From a virus: a stretch of 64,000 nt of DNA. Shown in pieces: positions 34,721 through 44,600 of this stretch (position 1 is the stretch's first letter; each line of letters begins with the position of its first letter). Below the pieces are notes generated by a model. The model saw nothing but the letters and a program-made list of their open reading frames with translations, made no database searches and was not told the origin of the DNA. The stretch lies in the IMG/VR virus record IMGVR_UViG_3300043958_000214. One strand, given 5' to 3'. A program made the translations under genes and the position numbers.

Positions 34721-34803
34721 CGGAAGAAGGAGGTCTCGATCCCCAGCCCGATGGGCCAAGCCGCCTAGCAAACGGTTCCAGCCACCCGGCTGGTTCTTCT
34801 TCC
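34721..34803 (-). tRNA. tRNA-Ser(GCT)
   Basis: GGAAGAA/TTCTTCC acceptor; loop TTGCTAG; long variable arm. Confidence 0.75.
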
Positions 34804-34974
34804 ATGTGGGCGGGGACCGCTCGGCCCCCGCCCTAGTGTCGGCCGGCATGACACCGGCCGGTACCTCGGGATGGTGCCCGAGGCTGCTGCCCGCCATGTG
34901 GTGGCGGGCATGTTGTCTGTCCTCTGTGTAGTTCATCAAGATCATGTTGAGATCGGCTTGCGCCGAACCCTGCG

Positions 34975-35059
34975 CGGATCGAGAGGGAATCGAACCCCCG
35001 GGCCCTTTCAGACCGCCTGTATTCGAAGCAGGTCCCGGCTACCAACACCGGACCGATCC
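34975..35059 (-). tRNA. tRNA-Ser(CGA)
   Basis: Loop TTCGAAT; long variable arm. Confidence 0.82.
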
Positions 35060-35103
35060 ACTGACATCCGTCACCTATGCGTAGGCGGATGCCCTCGTAT
35101 GTA

Positions 35104-35114
35104 GTTGTGAGGCA
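35104..35114 (-). promoter_or_regulatory. Class-A motif core at head of tRNA array
   Basis: GCATG-N11-TGCCTCACAAC. Confidence 0.8.
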
Positions 35115-35143
35115 GTCGCGCGTGTCATGCACGGTCTTGCCGG

Positions 35144-35225
35144 TGGGAGATGAAGGACTCGAACCTCCGGTGTTTCCCCGTGCCCGATTTACAGTCGGGT
35201 GCCGTCGCCGCTGGGCCAATCTCCC
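35144..35225 (-). tRNA. tRNA-Tyr(GTA)
   Basis: CCCGA CTGTAAA TCGGG; long variable arm. Confidence 0.9.
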
Positions 35226-35327
35226 TCACAGCCCATGATGCGTAGGTCCCACCTCTCGGCCTCTGACGACCGACTTGTCCAGCCGATCCTCCGCTCCCGG
35301 AGGCAGTCCCAAGGGGCTGTCAGGACT

Positions 35328-35338
35328 GTTGTGCGGCA
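35328..35338 (-). promoter_or_regulatory. Class-A motif core upstream of tRNA-Tyr
   Basis: GCGCG-N11-TGCCGCACAAC. Confidence 0.75.
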
Positions 35339-35372
35339 AAGCGGAGCATCGCGCATCACCGTGTTGCTCTCA

Positions 35373-35382
35373 TGTGTGTGCC
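35373..35382 (-). promoter_or_regulatory. Class-B motif (head of tRNA array)
   Basis: GGCACACACA. Confidence 0.55.
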
Positions 35383-35429
35383 GACCGCGGTTTCCAGTAG
35401 ACGTCGACGTGTTTACGCAAGTGGAAGAG

Positions 35430-35876
35430 CTACCGCGCGAAGGTGCGTGATCGTCGGTCCGCGGTGTCGAGACCCTCCTGGAAGACTTCCCGCGCTGACT
35501 TCTTCCCGAGCTGCTTGCGTCTCTCCTTGGGATCGTCTGCTTCCGCGGGGAGGGGGCCAGGCTCCGGCTCGGCGTCCGGGACGGTTTTCGGGCCGAGGAT
35601 CCGCAAGACGGCACCGTCGAGGAAGGAGCAGAGGTCGGTGTCTGCCACGGAGGCTGTGTGGGCCACAGGGTCCTCCTCGGTAATGTCGTAGATGCCGCGG
35701 CGGTGCTCGATCTGCTGGAAGAAGCCGATGCCGTCCGCGGTTCCCTCGACCGTGGCACCGTGGACGTCGACACGCACTGCACTGGCGCGCCGTGTGAGGG
35801 CGGTGAGGAGCTGCTTGGCGTAGGCAGCGACGCAGCGGGTGGTCTGGTAGGGCGGGTTCGGGGCGTCGCTTGGCAT
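35430..35876 (-). CDS. Hypothetical protein
   Basis: 148-aa ORF coupled to the kinase gene. Confidence 0.65.
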   Translation of the reverse strand: MPSDAPNPPYQTTRCVAAYAKQLLTALTRRASAVRVDVHGATVEGTADGIGFFQQIEHRRGIYDITEEDPVAHTASVADTDLCSFLDGAVLRILGPKTVPDAEPEPGPLPAEADDPKERRKQLGKKSAREVFQEGLDTADRRSRTFAR

Positions 35877-36712
35877 CAGGACGCCTGCTTGGCAGGAACG
35901 TCATGCGACTTCTCCCCCTGGAGGTTGACGCTGCCGATCTTTGCCTTCAGCGCCGGGGCCAACCTGTTGGCCGCCTTGGGCGATTGCGTGCGCACCGCGA
36001 TCCTGCTCGCCGCGTCAGCGACGGCCTCCGCCTTCGTCCACAGGTCCTTGATCTCAGCGTCGTTGGCGATCACCATGTCGACTGGCAGGGTGTCGATGTG
36101 GGTCTCCGAAGCGTGGGAGGCGTCCCGGGACGTGTCGCGATCGGGGCGCGTGATCCGGATGAGGACGCCGCCTGCGCGCTTGATGGCGTCCGCCTCGTTG
36201 GGGAACCGAACGTCCGTGATGACGACGGGCCCGTTCACTGCGGCGGCACTCTTCAGGCCCCGGTTCACCCAGATGTCGTCTCCGTAATACTCGCGAATCG
36301 ATTCGGTGCCGAGACGCTGGAGGAGGCGGCGGACTTCCGGGAGGCGCTCCTTCGCGTAGTCCCATCCGACCTCGGGAATGACGTCGGTGAGTCGTTCTCC
36401 GACGACGGTGTACGGGTCGAGGGCGAGGAGGGCGTCGACGGACTGATCAGGATTCCCTCCTCCCACGAAACCAAGGTGCGCTTCGACGGCTTCACGGAAA
36501 CGGTCGAGAAGAAGGAGGTCCGGGTTCTCGGAGAACCGTACCGCGTTCTCGGAACGCAGTGGGATGACGACCGGGTTGATGGCGAGCAGGAGGTCGCGTA
36601 GGGGGTCGGCGAAAGCGATCCGTGTGTAGCCCCTGCGCTCGGTCAGCCGTGAGGCGAACGTGTCCTTGCCCGTCTGCTTGTGCCCCTCGATGCCAAGGAT
36701 GATGGATGCCAT
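35876..36712 (-). CDS. Deoxynucleoside monophosphate kinase
   Basis: GHKQTGKDT, FADPLR, RRLLQRLGTE, TDVRFPNE, HASE. Confidence 0.9.
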   Translation of the reverse strand: MASIILGIEGHKQTGKDTFASRLTERRGYTRIAFADPLRDLLLAINPVVIPLRSENAVRFSENPDLLLLDRFREAVEAHLGFVGGGNPDQSVDALLALDPYTVVGERLTDVIPEVGWDYAKERLPEVRRLLQRLGTESIREYYGDDIWVNRGLKSAAAVNGPVVITDVRFPNEADAIKRAGGVLIRITRPDRDTSRDASHASETHIDTLPVDMVIANDAEIKDLWTKAEAVADAASRIAVRTQSPKAANRLAPALKAKIGSVNLQGEKSHDVPAKQAS

Positions 36713-36726
36713 GGTGCGTTCTCCTC

Positions 36727-37170
36727 TTACTTTTCGATGATTCTCGTGGCCTTCGCGGCTTTGGCGCGTACCGGCCTTCCTTCGCACCCCACCGACAGCC
36801 AGCACTTCGCGCCCGTCTGCCCGGAAGTGGGGACGTAGGCGTAGCGCCCGCAGGTCGGGCAGACGGCGAGGGTGATCCTGGCGTCGCTGCTGTAGCGGAT
36901 GGGCTCGAGGAGACTGCCCCAGGAGAGGATGAGTTCCCACTGTTGGTCGCTCAACCCGATGCGTCCCGTGATGAGGGAGCGGTCCGGCGTGTCAGGTTCC
37001 GCCCACGTCCTGTTTTCGGGGTCGTTGGCGACGGCCAGGCAGAGATCAGCCAGCGATGCGACCTTCGCACGCCGGAGGGCGACGAGCAGGAGGCTTGCCG
37101 CCTGCGCGGATTCCGGCACACCGGTGGGCGTATCGATCACGAAACGCGGCGGGCGCCGCTTAGCAGCCAT
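36727..37170 (-). CDS. Hypothetical protein with C-terminal Cys cluster
   Basis: RBS AAAGGAGG; CPTC...C...C. Confidence 0.7.
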   Translation of the reverse strand: MAAKRRPPRFVIDTPTGVPESAQAASLLLVALRRAKVASLADLCLAVANDPENRTWAEPDTPDRSLITGRIGLSDQQWELILSWGSLLEPIRYSSDARITLAVCPTCGRYAYVPTSGQTGAKCWLSVGCEGRPVRAKAAKATRIIEK

Positions 37171-39340
37171 GGGGCCTCCTTTCCGGTACTGCCATGTGTG
37201 TGCCACGAGAAGGCTGGACAGCGTGCATTGACGTTGCGGGCGTTCGATGGGTCCCGGGCTGCCTGTTGATGGCCATGTTGATGAGATCGATGACGAGCGC
37301 GGCGACTGCGGCGTCCTTCCCGTCGACGACGGAGACGTCGGAGTCGCCTCCCAGGACGGGGTTGAGGGTCTTCGCCTTCTGCGCGAGGATGCCCTGAATG
37401 CGTTCGTCCAGGGTGCCGGGCGCGACCATGGTGGTGGCGGTCATCTGGTTTCGTTGTCCGATGCGACGGATCCGGTCGAGAGCCTGCTCAACGAGGGCTG
37501 GTGTCCAGTCGGTTTCCACGAACAAGGCGTCGGCGGAGCGGGTGAGGGTGACGCCGACGCCGGCGGCCGTGATGGAGGCGACGAGGACGGCGGTGCGTCC
37601 GGCTTGGAAGTCGGCGATGATGCCGGGAATCGCGGATTGCGGGGTCTCTCCCCAGATGGCGTCCACGGGCACCCCGAGATCTGAGACCGCGTCGATCATC
37701 GCTTCGGTGACGACACGGTGGTGCGTCCACACGATGAGGGGCCTGTCCCAGGTCCCGCCCTTGTCGGGGCGCGCGGACTCCACGAAGTCTCTGACCCAGT
37801 CCTTGGCCGCGTCGATCTTGGCGAGTCCCGCGGCCTTGCGAAGTTGGGAGACGAGCTCGAAACCGTCTTCACGTGCCATTTCTTCGATGGCTTGTTCGAT
37901 CATCGGGGCCGGGAGGTTCGGGGCGAACTTCGGGTTGTTATCCGTCCACTCGCGGATCCGGTCGAGGATTTCCGCGTGGGTCTTGCGGAAGCCGGCGAGG
38001 TTGACGTCGACGATGAGGGGCACCTGCATGAGGTCGGGTAGGTCGAGAACATCGGCCTTGCGCCGGCGCACCCAGACGTGCCGGTTCATTTCACTTCCGA
38101 GGTCCTCCAGTGTCGTTTGGCGTGGGACCCATCCGCGCATCTGGTCTTGCCGGCAGTACGTCTCCATGAAGTGGCTGTAGCCGCCGAAGACGGGCTGGAG
38201 GTGCCCGGAGATGTCCAGGAGGGGCGCGAGGTCTGCGGGGCTGGACACGAGCGGGGTCCCGGTGATGGGGATGCGCAGGCCGCGAACGTTGTGGGCGAGG
38301 CGACGAACCGCTTTCGACCTCTTCGATTCCAGGCCTTTCTCGCGATGCGCTTCGTCAACGATCAGCCCGTCAGGGCGCCACGCGATGAGAGAGTCCAGGA
38401 GAGCCGAGCGTGACGCGAGCAGGGAGTCCGCGACGATCACGACACCGCGGTCGGGGAAGGGGCGAATCTTCCGGGTCGGGCTGATGACAGAGACCTCCAT
38501 GTTCCAGCCGGCCGTCTTGATCTCCGTCTTCCAATTGGACAAGACGACGGGTGGGACAACGCAGACCGCACGGGTCGTTCCGACTGTGGCGAGCGCGGTG
38601 ATGGCTTGCACGGTTTTGCCGAGTCCAGGCTCGTCAGTGAGCGCGGAGTGTCCGGCGGCCACGGCCCGGGCACCCGAGGCCTGGAAGCCGAAGAGTGTGC
38701 GGGCAGGCTGCCACAGGACGGGCTCGCCGGGGACGTGCAGGTCGTCTTGGGCGTGCGCGAGGCGAGACAGGTCCCTTTCGTCGGCCCCTCCGGAGGCGAA
38801 GGGCCGGGCACAGCGGTGCCGGTGGGCGGCGTCGAGGACGTCGCGCGGAAGAATGAACCGGGTGTCGAGCATGTCGGGGGTGGACACCCAGAACGCCTGA
38901 CGCGCTTTGTCCCACTCGTGGTAGGCGGGCAGGAGGTCCTCAACCCCGACGGCGAACCGGGGGTAGACCCACGTTCCAGCATCATCGTCGTCAAGTGCGA
39001 CCACAGGGACGGCGAGGTCAGCCAGACAGGTGATGTGCCCCGTGGCCGCTGCGTAGTCGACATCGAATCCGAGCTCGGCGAGAAGCCGGTCGATGTCGGG
39101 CCCCGGATTGGTGACGATCCACGTCTTGTCCTCTGGGTTCCACCGTCTGTTCGGCATGGCCTTGACCCACTCCCCCAGGGTGCGGGGGCGTCCGGGGCGA
39201 ACCATCTTGCCGCGGGCGAACGGGCTCTTCTTGGGAGGGTAGGCGGGGAACCGGACGCAACCCGTGGACATCTTCGGCCCGAACCTCATGACGAGACGCG
39301 GGTCGAGGAAGTGCCCCTCAAGGGTGGCGGTGGGGCTCAT
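37160..39340 (-). CDS. SNF2/SWI2-family helicase
   Basis: DEPGLGKT, DEAH, TGTP, QALDRIRRIGQ. Confidence 0.92.
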   Translation of the reverse strand: MSPTATLEGHFLDPRLVMRFGPKMSTGCVRFPAYPPKKSPFARGKMVRPGRPRTLGEWVKAMPNRRWNPEDKTWIVTNPGPDIDRLLAELGFDVDYAAATGHITCLADLAVPVVALDDDDAGTWVYPRFAVGVEDLLPAYHEWDKARQAFWVSTPDMLDTRFILPRDVLDAAHRHRCARPFASGGADERDLSRLAHAQDDLHVPGEPVLWQPARTLFGFQASGARAVAAGHSALTDEPGLGKTVQAITALATVGTTRAVCVVPPVVLSNWKTEIKTAGWNMEVSVISPTRKIRPFPDRGVVIVADSLLASRSALLDSLIAWRPDGLIVDEAHREKGLESKRSKAVRRLAHNVRGLRIPITGTPLVSSPADLAPLLDISGHLQPVFGGYSHFMETYCRQDQMRGWVPRQTTLEDLGSEMNRHVWVRRRKADVLDLPDLMQVPLIVDVNLAGFRKTHAEILDRIREWTDNNPKFAPNLPAPMIEQAIEEMAREDGFELVSQLRKAAGLAKIDAAKDWVRDFVESARPDKGGTWDRPLIVWTHHRVVTEAMIDAVSDLGVPVDAIWGETPQSAIPGIIADFQAGRTAVLVASITAAGVGVTLTRSADALFVETDWTPALVEQALDRIRRIGQRNQMTATTMVAPGTLDERIQGILAQKAKTLNPVLGGDSDVSVVDGKDAAVAALVIDLINMAINRQPGTHRTPATSMHAVQPSRGTHMAVPERRPHGC
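37195..37204 (-). promoter_or_regulatory. Class-B motif
   Basis: GGCACACACA then RBS AAAGGAGG. Confidence 0.6.
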
Positions 39341-39771
39341 AGCGACACGCCGCTCAGGTGAGCGACCGCATCAGCGCAGCGGATGAGGACGCTCATCCTG
39401 TCAAGGACCCGCACCTCCCACTGGGCGCGTAAGGAGCTGTCAGCGTCGCAGACACGCGCGATCATCGCTCTCATGTCCTCAACCTGGCTGGGGGTACAAG
39501 GGTGGGCGAGACGCTCGCAAAGGACGTGACGGGTCACGATGTCCAGGTCGCGCGTCAGATCCCAGATAGGACGCGACCTGGGGCCCTCAGGGTCGGCGTA
39601 GATCGGTTCGCTGAACAGCGCGCGTCCCCTTGCCGCCAGTGACCACCCTTGACTGGCGTACAAGAGGAACTGCAGACGTCGCGCGGTCATGGGCGGGGAT
39701 GCGGGGTCCTGCTCATGGAGCTGCTCGTCACGGGACACGACCTCCACAGCGACATCCGCCACGCTCACCAC
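39337..39771 (-). CDS. Panacea/SocA (DUF4065)-like protein
   Basis: RRLQFLLYASQGWSLA..ALFSEPIYADPEGP matches the KLQKLLYYAQGW...AW..GP signature. Confidence 0.6.
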   Translation of the reverse strand: MVSVADVAVEVVSRDEQLHEQDPASPPMTARRLQFLLYASQGWSLAARGRALFSEPIYADPEGPRSRPIWDLTRDLDIVTRHVLCERLAHPCTPSQVEDMRAMIARVCDADSSLRAQWEVRVLDRMSVLIRCADAVAHLSGVSL

Positions 39772-40139
39772 AGCTGCAGCCCACCCGATGTGTCCGCCAT
39801 CGCGGGATCGCCCCAGTTCGGGATCGTCCGGTATTCGACGGGAATGCCCATGGCCCTTGCCGACTCGATGCCGGCCTTCATACCGTCGGAGACTCCGAGG
39901 TCCGTATAGGCGACCGACTTCTCAGCGGCGTCGTGCCAGGCGAAACCCGCCTGAATGCCCTGCTCGCGCTGAGCGGGGTCGAGGTCATCAAGGACCTGCG
40001 TGTAGAGCAGGTGTGAGGCGAACGGGGCCTCACCGCGTGCCAGGCTGTCACGCATCGCAGCCTGGGCGTAGCGCGTGTTGCGTTCGACATCGCCGGCCAA
40101 CGGCGACTCGATGACGACCCGGACAGGAACCATGTGCAT
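39765..40139 (-). CDS. Nucleoside deoxyribosyltransferase-like small protein
   Basis: VVIESPLAG, GEAPFASHLLYTQVL, GVSDGM. Confidence 0.65.
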   Translation of the reverse strand: MHMVPVRVVIESPLAGDVERNTRYAQAAMRDSLARGEAPFASHLLYTQVLDDLDPAQREQGIQAGFAWHDAAEKSVAYTDLGVSDGMKAGIESARAMGIPVEYRTIPNWGDPAMADTSGGLQLW

Positions 40140-40145
40140 ACCCAA

Positions 40146-40156
40146 GTTGTGAGGCA
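40146..40156 (-). promoter_or_regulatory. Class-A motif core
   Basis: GCGCC-N11-TGCCTCACAAC-N6-ATG. Confidence 0.8.
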
Positions 40157-40375
40157 AGCAGCGCGCTGGCGCACACTAACGGCCCTCAACCTGCCCGCAG
40201 CCACCCGTGAACGGTCCAGAAAAACGGCGAGTCGGCGGGTTCACGCGCGCCCGGAAGCCGGGAGCGCGCCCCGGCGTTGAAACGGAGCGCGTGACCTCGA
40301 GGTGGGAGTACCCAGGCTGAGCGCAGAGGCTGCGCAGTTGGCGATGCCATCCGAGTGCAAGCAGCGCGCGTTGCG

Positions 40376-41095
40376 TCATGCCGCCTCACTCGGACGAGAC
40401 CGGAGCGGCCGGCACAGTCCGCACGCGCACAAGACGCCGTCCCCAGGTTGGGAGACGTCCACCGCGAACGCCCGCGTGGCATCCTCTTCACCCAGGAGGA
40501 CACGCAGTTCGACGGCTGGAACGTACCCGAGAATCACGTGGGCGTCGAACCTCGAGCGGATCGCCGGATCCAGGTCGAGGGCGCGCTGCGCGGCAGCGAC
40601 CACGAACACACCGACCTTCGGCCCACCGCGAAGCACCCTGAGGAGATCCCTGACAATGCCCTGCCTCACGCGGTTATCCCTGGCGACCCGCCTGCGCAGA
40701 CGCGCGCTCGCCGGATCCTCCGTGACCACCGGCAGAGCGTCCGGGGTGCTCAGGTGCGCCAGGCCATCGACGAACGCGACGATCGGGGCGCGCGGCTCGA
40801 CATCACCGCCGCTGCGACGGGCGACCTCAGCGAGCAGCCACCGGAGAAGCACTCGGGTATCTGCGAGGGTCTGCGCGCGCCGGACTCTCGGATCGATCCA
40901 GTCACCGCGACGCGCCTCATCGACGTGAACCACATCCATCCCGGCCGCCAGGGCGGCCCGCGACAGCCGGTCGACAAGGGCGGTCTTCCCCGCACCGGTG
41001 GGACCCACGATGAGGGCGTTTCCTTCCAGCGGCAGGTCTACGTCAGCACTGATGGGAAGGGTGTTCATGGTTTTCCTTTCGACATACCCGCTCAT
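40376..41095 (-). CDS. FtsK/TraD-like P-loop protein
   Basis: GPTGAGKT; degenerate Walker B; VGVFVVAAAQR. Confidence 0.65.
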   Translation of the reverse strand: MSGYVERKTMNTLPISADVDLPLEGNALIVGPTGAGKTALVDRLSRAALAAGMDVVHVDEARRGDWIDPRVRRAQTLADTRVLLRWLLAEVARRSGGDVEPRAPIVAFVDGLAHLSTPDALPVVTEDPASARLRRRVARDNRVRQGIVRDLLRVLRGGPKVGVFVVAAAQRALDLDPAIRSRFDAHVILGYVPAVELRVLLGEEDATRAFAVDVSQPGDGVLCACGLCRPLRSRPSEAA

Positions 41096-41649
41096 GCGAA
41101 GACATGGTCACTGTCGTCGCCCCAGGCGTCCCAGCCCGGCCGGCGCTCGCGGGCGAACATCTCCAGCTTTCGGGCGTGCGGGTAGAGGGCGTCGATGCGG
41201 CGTGCAACCTCGTCGGGCTTGCGTGAGTGCTCACGTTTGGGGGCAAGGACGACCTGGCGGACGGATTCCGAGGCGAGCGGGAGCGGACGACCCTTGGCGC
41301 GCGTGGAGGCGGCGAGGACGAACTCGGTGGTCGGCTTCACGATGGTGAGGCGCACGCCTTGGGCCCCGATAGGGGTGATGCCATCCGCCTTCGTCTTCAC
41401 CCAGACGAACGCCACTCCGCGGTAGTGGAGTCCCCACGACCGGATGCACTCCAGGGCGAAGTCGAGGCGCGGGCACGTGGCCCACAAGAACAACACGCCG
41501 GGGTCCGCCAATGCCACGTCGAGGGAGCGGAGGTCCTCATCCTCCATGAGCGCGTACTCCTTGCCGGCCGCGCCCATCTTGGTTGGGCTCCCGTAGTAGG
41601 TCCAGGGAGGGTCGGAGAGGATGACCGGATACGGGGCGCTCCATCTCAT
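41092..41649 (-). CDS. MT-A70-family adenine methyltransferase
   Basis: DPPW, LFLWAT, WVK, EHSRKP, LEMFAR. Confidence 0.9.
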   Translation of the reverse strand: MRWSAPYPVILSDPPWTYYGSPTKMGAAGKEYALMEDEDLRSLDVALADPGVLFLWATCPRLDFALECIRSWGLHYRGVAFVWVKTKADGITPIGAQGVRLTIVKPTTEFVLAASTRAKGRPLPLASESVRQVVLAPKREHSRKPDEVARRIDALYPHARKLEMFARERRPGWDAWGDDSDHVFA

Positions 41650-44600
41650 TCGTGGAGTCCCTTGAGGAAGTCGACGGCTGTGTCGAGCTTGGAGATGCGC
41701 CTTCCCCAGTCCTCCCCCAGGGCCCGCATGTAGAGCTTGCGGGTCTGCTCCGGGTAGGAGAAAACGCTGGCCGGTTTCTTCAACAGGCGCGGGTCGAGGA
41801 GGGCGACCATTCCCTTGTCGTTGCCCGAGCGGATGAGTCTGCCGGCGGCCTGCTCGACCAGTAGCGCCGCGTCGGCCACGTAGACCTGTCGGTCGGCACG
41901 CCACCGGTCGATCTTCTGGGCGCTCATCAGCGACTCCAGGCGGGCGTCATCCACCGGGTTCGATGGGGAGCGCGGGATCCGATCGATGATGACGAGACTG
42001 CAGGTGGTGCCCGGGGCGTCCACTCCCGTCATGAGGGATCGTGTTCCCACGAGGACAGCTGTCTCGTCGCTACGCCACCGTTCGACCAGCTCTCGAAGAG
42101 GGAGCCCGTCCCACTGGTCGAGGACGGTGAACATCCCTCCCGTACGGGTGCGCAGATACTCCGCGTAGGCCTTCCCGTCGCTTGATTTCGCGGCGAGGAC
42201 GAGGGCGCGTCCGCCGTTTGCTTCAACGAGTGCGGCGATCTTCGGGATCACCCAGGCGGCGTGACGCGACGTGTCGAGTTTGGGCTTTCCGGAGCGCGCC
42301 TGGGTCGCGGACAGGGCGGCGATGTCGGCGGGGTCGATCGCTCGCGGCACGTAGACGGCCGAACGCTTCCGCGCGACGTCGAAGGGCGAGGGGAAGCAGA
42401 TGACGCTCGCGTCAAGGCCCATTTCTCTGGCGAAACCCTGGGGAATGGTTGCGGACACGGCGACGACGCTCATCGGGTAGTAGACCTTGTCGCCTTCGGG
42501 CCCGACGTCACAGGAGATGTCGTCCTCGGCTTGGGCGCGGTCCCTGTCCTTGAGATCGTCTTCCACCTCTGGGGCGATCCACAGGTTCCGCTTGAGTGCT
42601 GCCGAGACGTTGACCGTCGAGTATCGCAGCGCCGCTTCATGGTCATTGCCTCGCCCCGCCTCGACCCAGCGGGCGACGCCCGGTGTGTGGGTACGGACTT
42701 GGTTGAGGTCGGAGAGCGCATTGTCGAACCGGGTGAGGACGCGCTTGACGGACATGTCGTTGCTATGGGCCTTCGTGGCCTGGACGATGAGCGCGCGGGC
42801 TTGGGTGAGCCAGGCCTCCATCGCGGATCCGAAATCTGCGGCGGGATCCTCGTCCTCCCCCACCTTATGGATGTCGCCATTGCGGACTTTCGCGTTCAGG
42901 GCCTTGTCGACCATCTGCGCGATCATGTCGCCGGCGTCTGCGATCTTATGGTTCTTCCCGAGTTCGACGGTGTGGGTGAGGGAGCGGGCGAGGGAGCGGA
43001 TGCGGCGTCCCGTCACTTCACCGGCACCCTGGTTTCGGACTTGGCTGGGCATGCCGTGCGCCTCGTCCATGACGATGGCGTCGAAGTGGCCGAGGGTTTT
43101 CGAGCCTGTGACCGCGGGGACGCCGTTGGCCGCTTCAACGGCTAGAAGCGTGTGGTTGGTGACGACGACATCCGCCTCGGCGGCGGCCACCTTGGCTCGC
43201 GCTGCCTTGCACCGGTCGGCGAACGGGCACTTCTTGACCCCGATGCATTCCGCCGGCGTCACGGAGACGGACGCCCAGTCCGCGCCGTTGGAGACCCCGG
43301 TGTAGGAGTGCCGGTCGCCTTTCAGAGCCGGGTCGCTGTATTGGTCGAGGGCCCAGGCGACCAGCATCTCTTGCTGCCCTCCACGCTCACGGAGCCTCCC
43401 CGCCATCTTCTCGTCTGGCTCCTCTTTTCCCTCCTTGATCCTGAGGATCTTGTGGGCGGTCTCGCGGGCGGCGACCAGACAGGCGTGGTTCGACCAGCCC
43501 TTGAGGACCGCGACCTTCGGGGCGGTACCGGGGACGACTTGGCTGACTGCCCGCGTGACGACGGGCGCGTCCTTGTCGACGAGCTGAGACTGGAGAGACA
43601 GTGACTCGGTGGAGACGACCGTGCGTTTGCCGTCCACGGCTGCTGCCAGCGCCGCCGGCACGAGGTACGCCAGCGAGTTATGCGTGGGGACGCAGGACGT
43701 CCCGGCGAGGAACAGGTGGGTGGGGGACTTCACGGTGATGCAACGCACCGGGACCGGTTCGACTTTTTCGACGCGGATGATGTGCAGTCCTTGCGCGCCA
43801 GTGTTCGCAGCGCGATTGAGCTCTGCGGCTTTGTCTGGGCAGCGGAAGACGCGGATGCCACCGTGGTTGAACGCCAGACGTGCGTTCCTCCCCCATCTCG
43901 ACCGGCTGACGTGGATCCCGAAGGTGGCGAGAAGTTGGAGAACGGACTCGGTGAATGCGCGAGAGGGATGGGCGAAGAGGCAGGTTTCGCCTGTCGCCTC
44001 GACTTGGTCGACGGCGCCAGCGACGTCCATGATCCCCTGGAGCAGCGCCAGCCTTTGGACCGTAGAGGCCCGGAGGTAGGAGTGGGGGATCTCGAGAGAG
44101 TCCGGCTGAGCGGCGAGGCGCTGGCCTAGCCGGTAGGGATCCAAGGGCAGTCGGGCGTCGGGAAGGACCATCGGCAAGGTGGGGACGAGGAGGGAGACGT
44201 TCGTTCGCCGCCCGAGGTCTTGGGTGCGGGTGATCACCCTGTTGACCTCAGCCAGGTCCTCCTGGCCGAGTAGCCTGATCGCCTCGTCCAGGACGTCCGC
44301 CGGGGCCACCATGATGGGGTTTGGCAGTCGCCCTCCGATGAGCCGTTCAACGTCCTCCGGCGAGGCGTTGCCGGACAACTCTGACTCGTCGGCTCCGGCG
44401 AGTCGGGCGATGCCGAGGATACTTGTCGCTTCCGCGACAGTCGATCCCGCCAGTCTGGTGAGGCGTTCCAGCGAACCGGCTTCCCGCAAAGTCGATCCTG
44501 CGGCGTTCTCGATGACCTTCACTGGGAGCAGGCGCGCTATCGTCACCCCTGCAGCCTCGGCGAGAACGGCCATGGGGAGGGCGCCCCGGCAGTCCTCATA

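Noticed and set aside
26760-35219. Numerous ORF-track entries across the tRNA array, including 28503..29180 and 34658..34945
   Set aside because: They overlap tRNA, tmRNA or tRNA-Ser(GCT) genes and have low-complexity, non-protein-like translations; only 27722..28054 was kept
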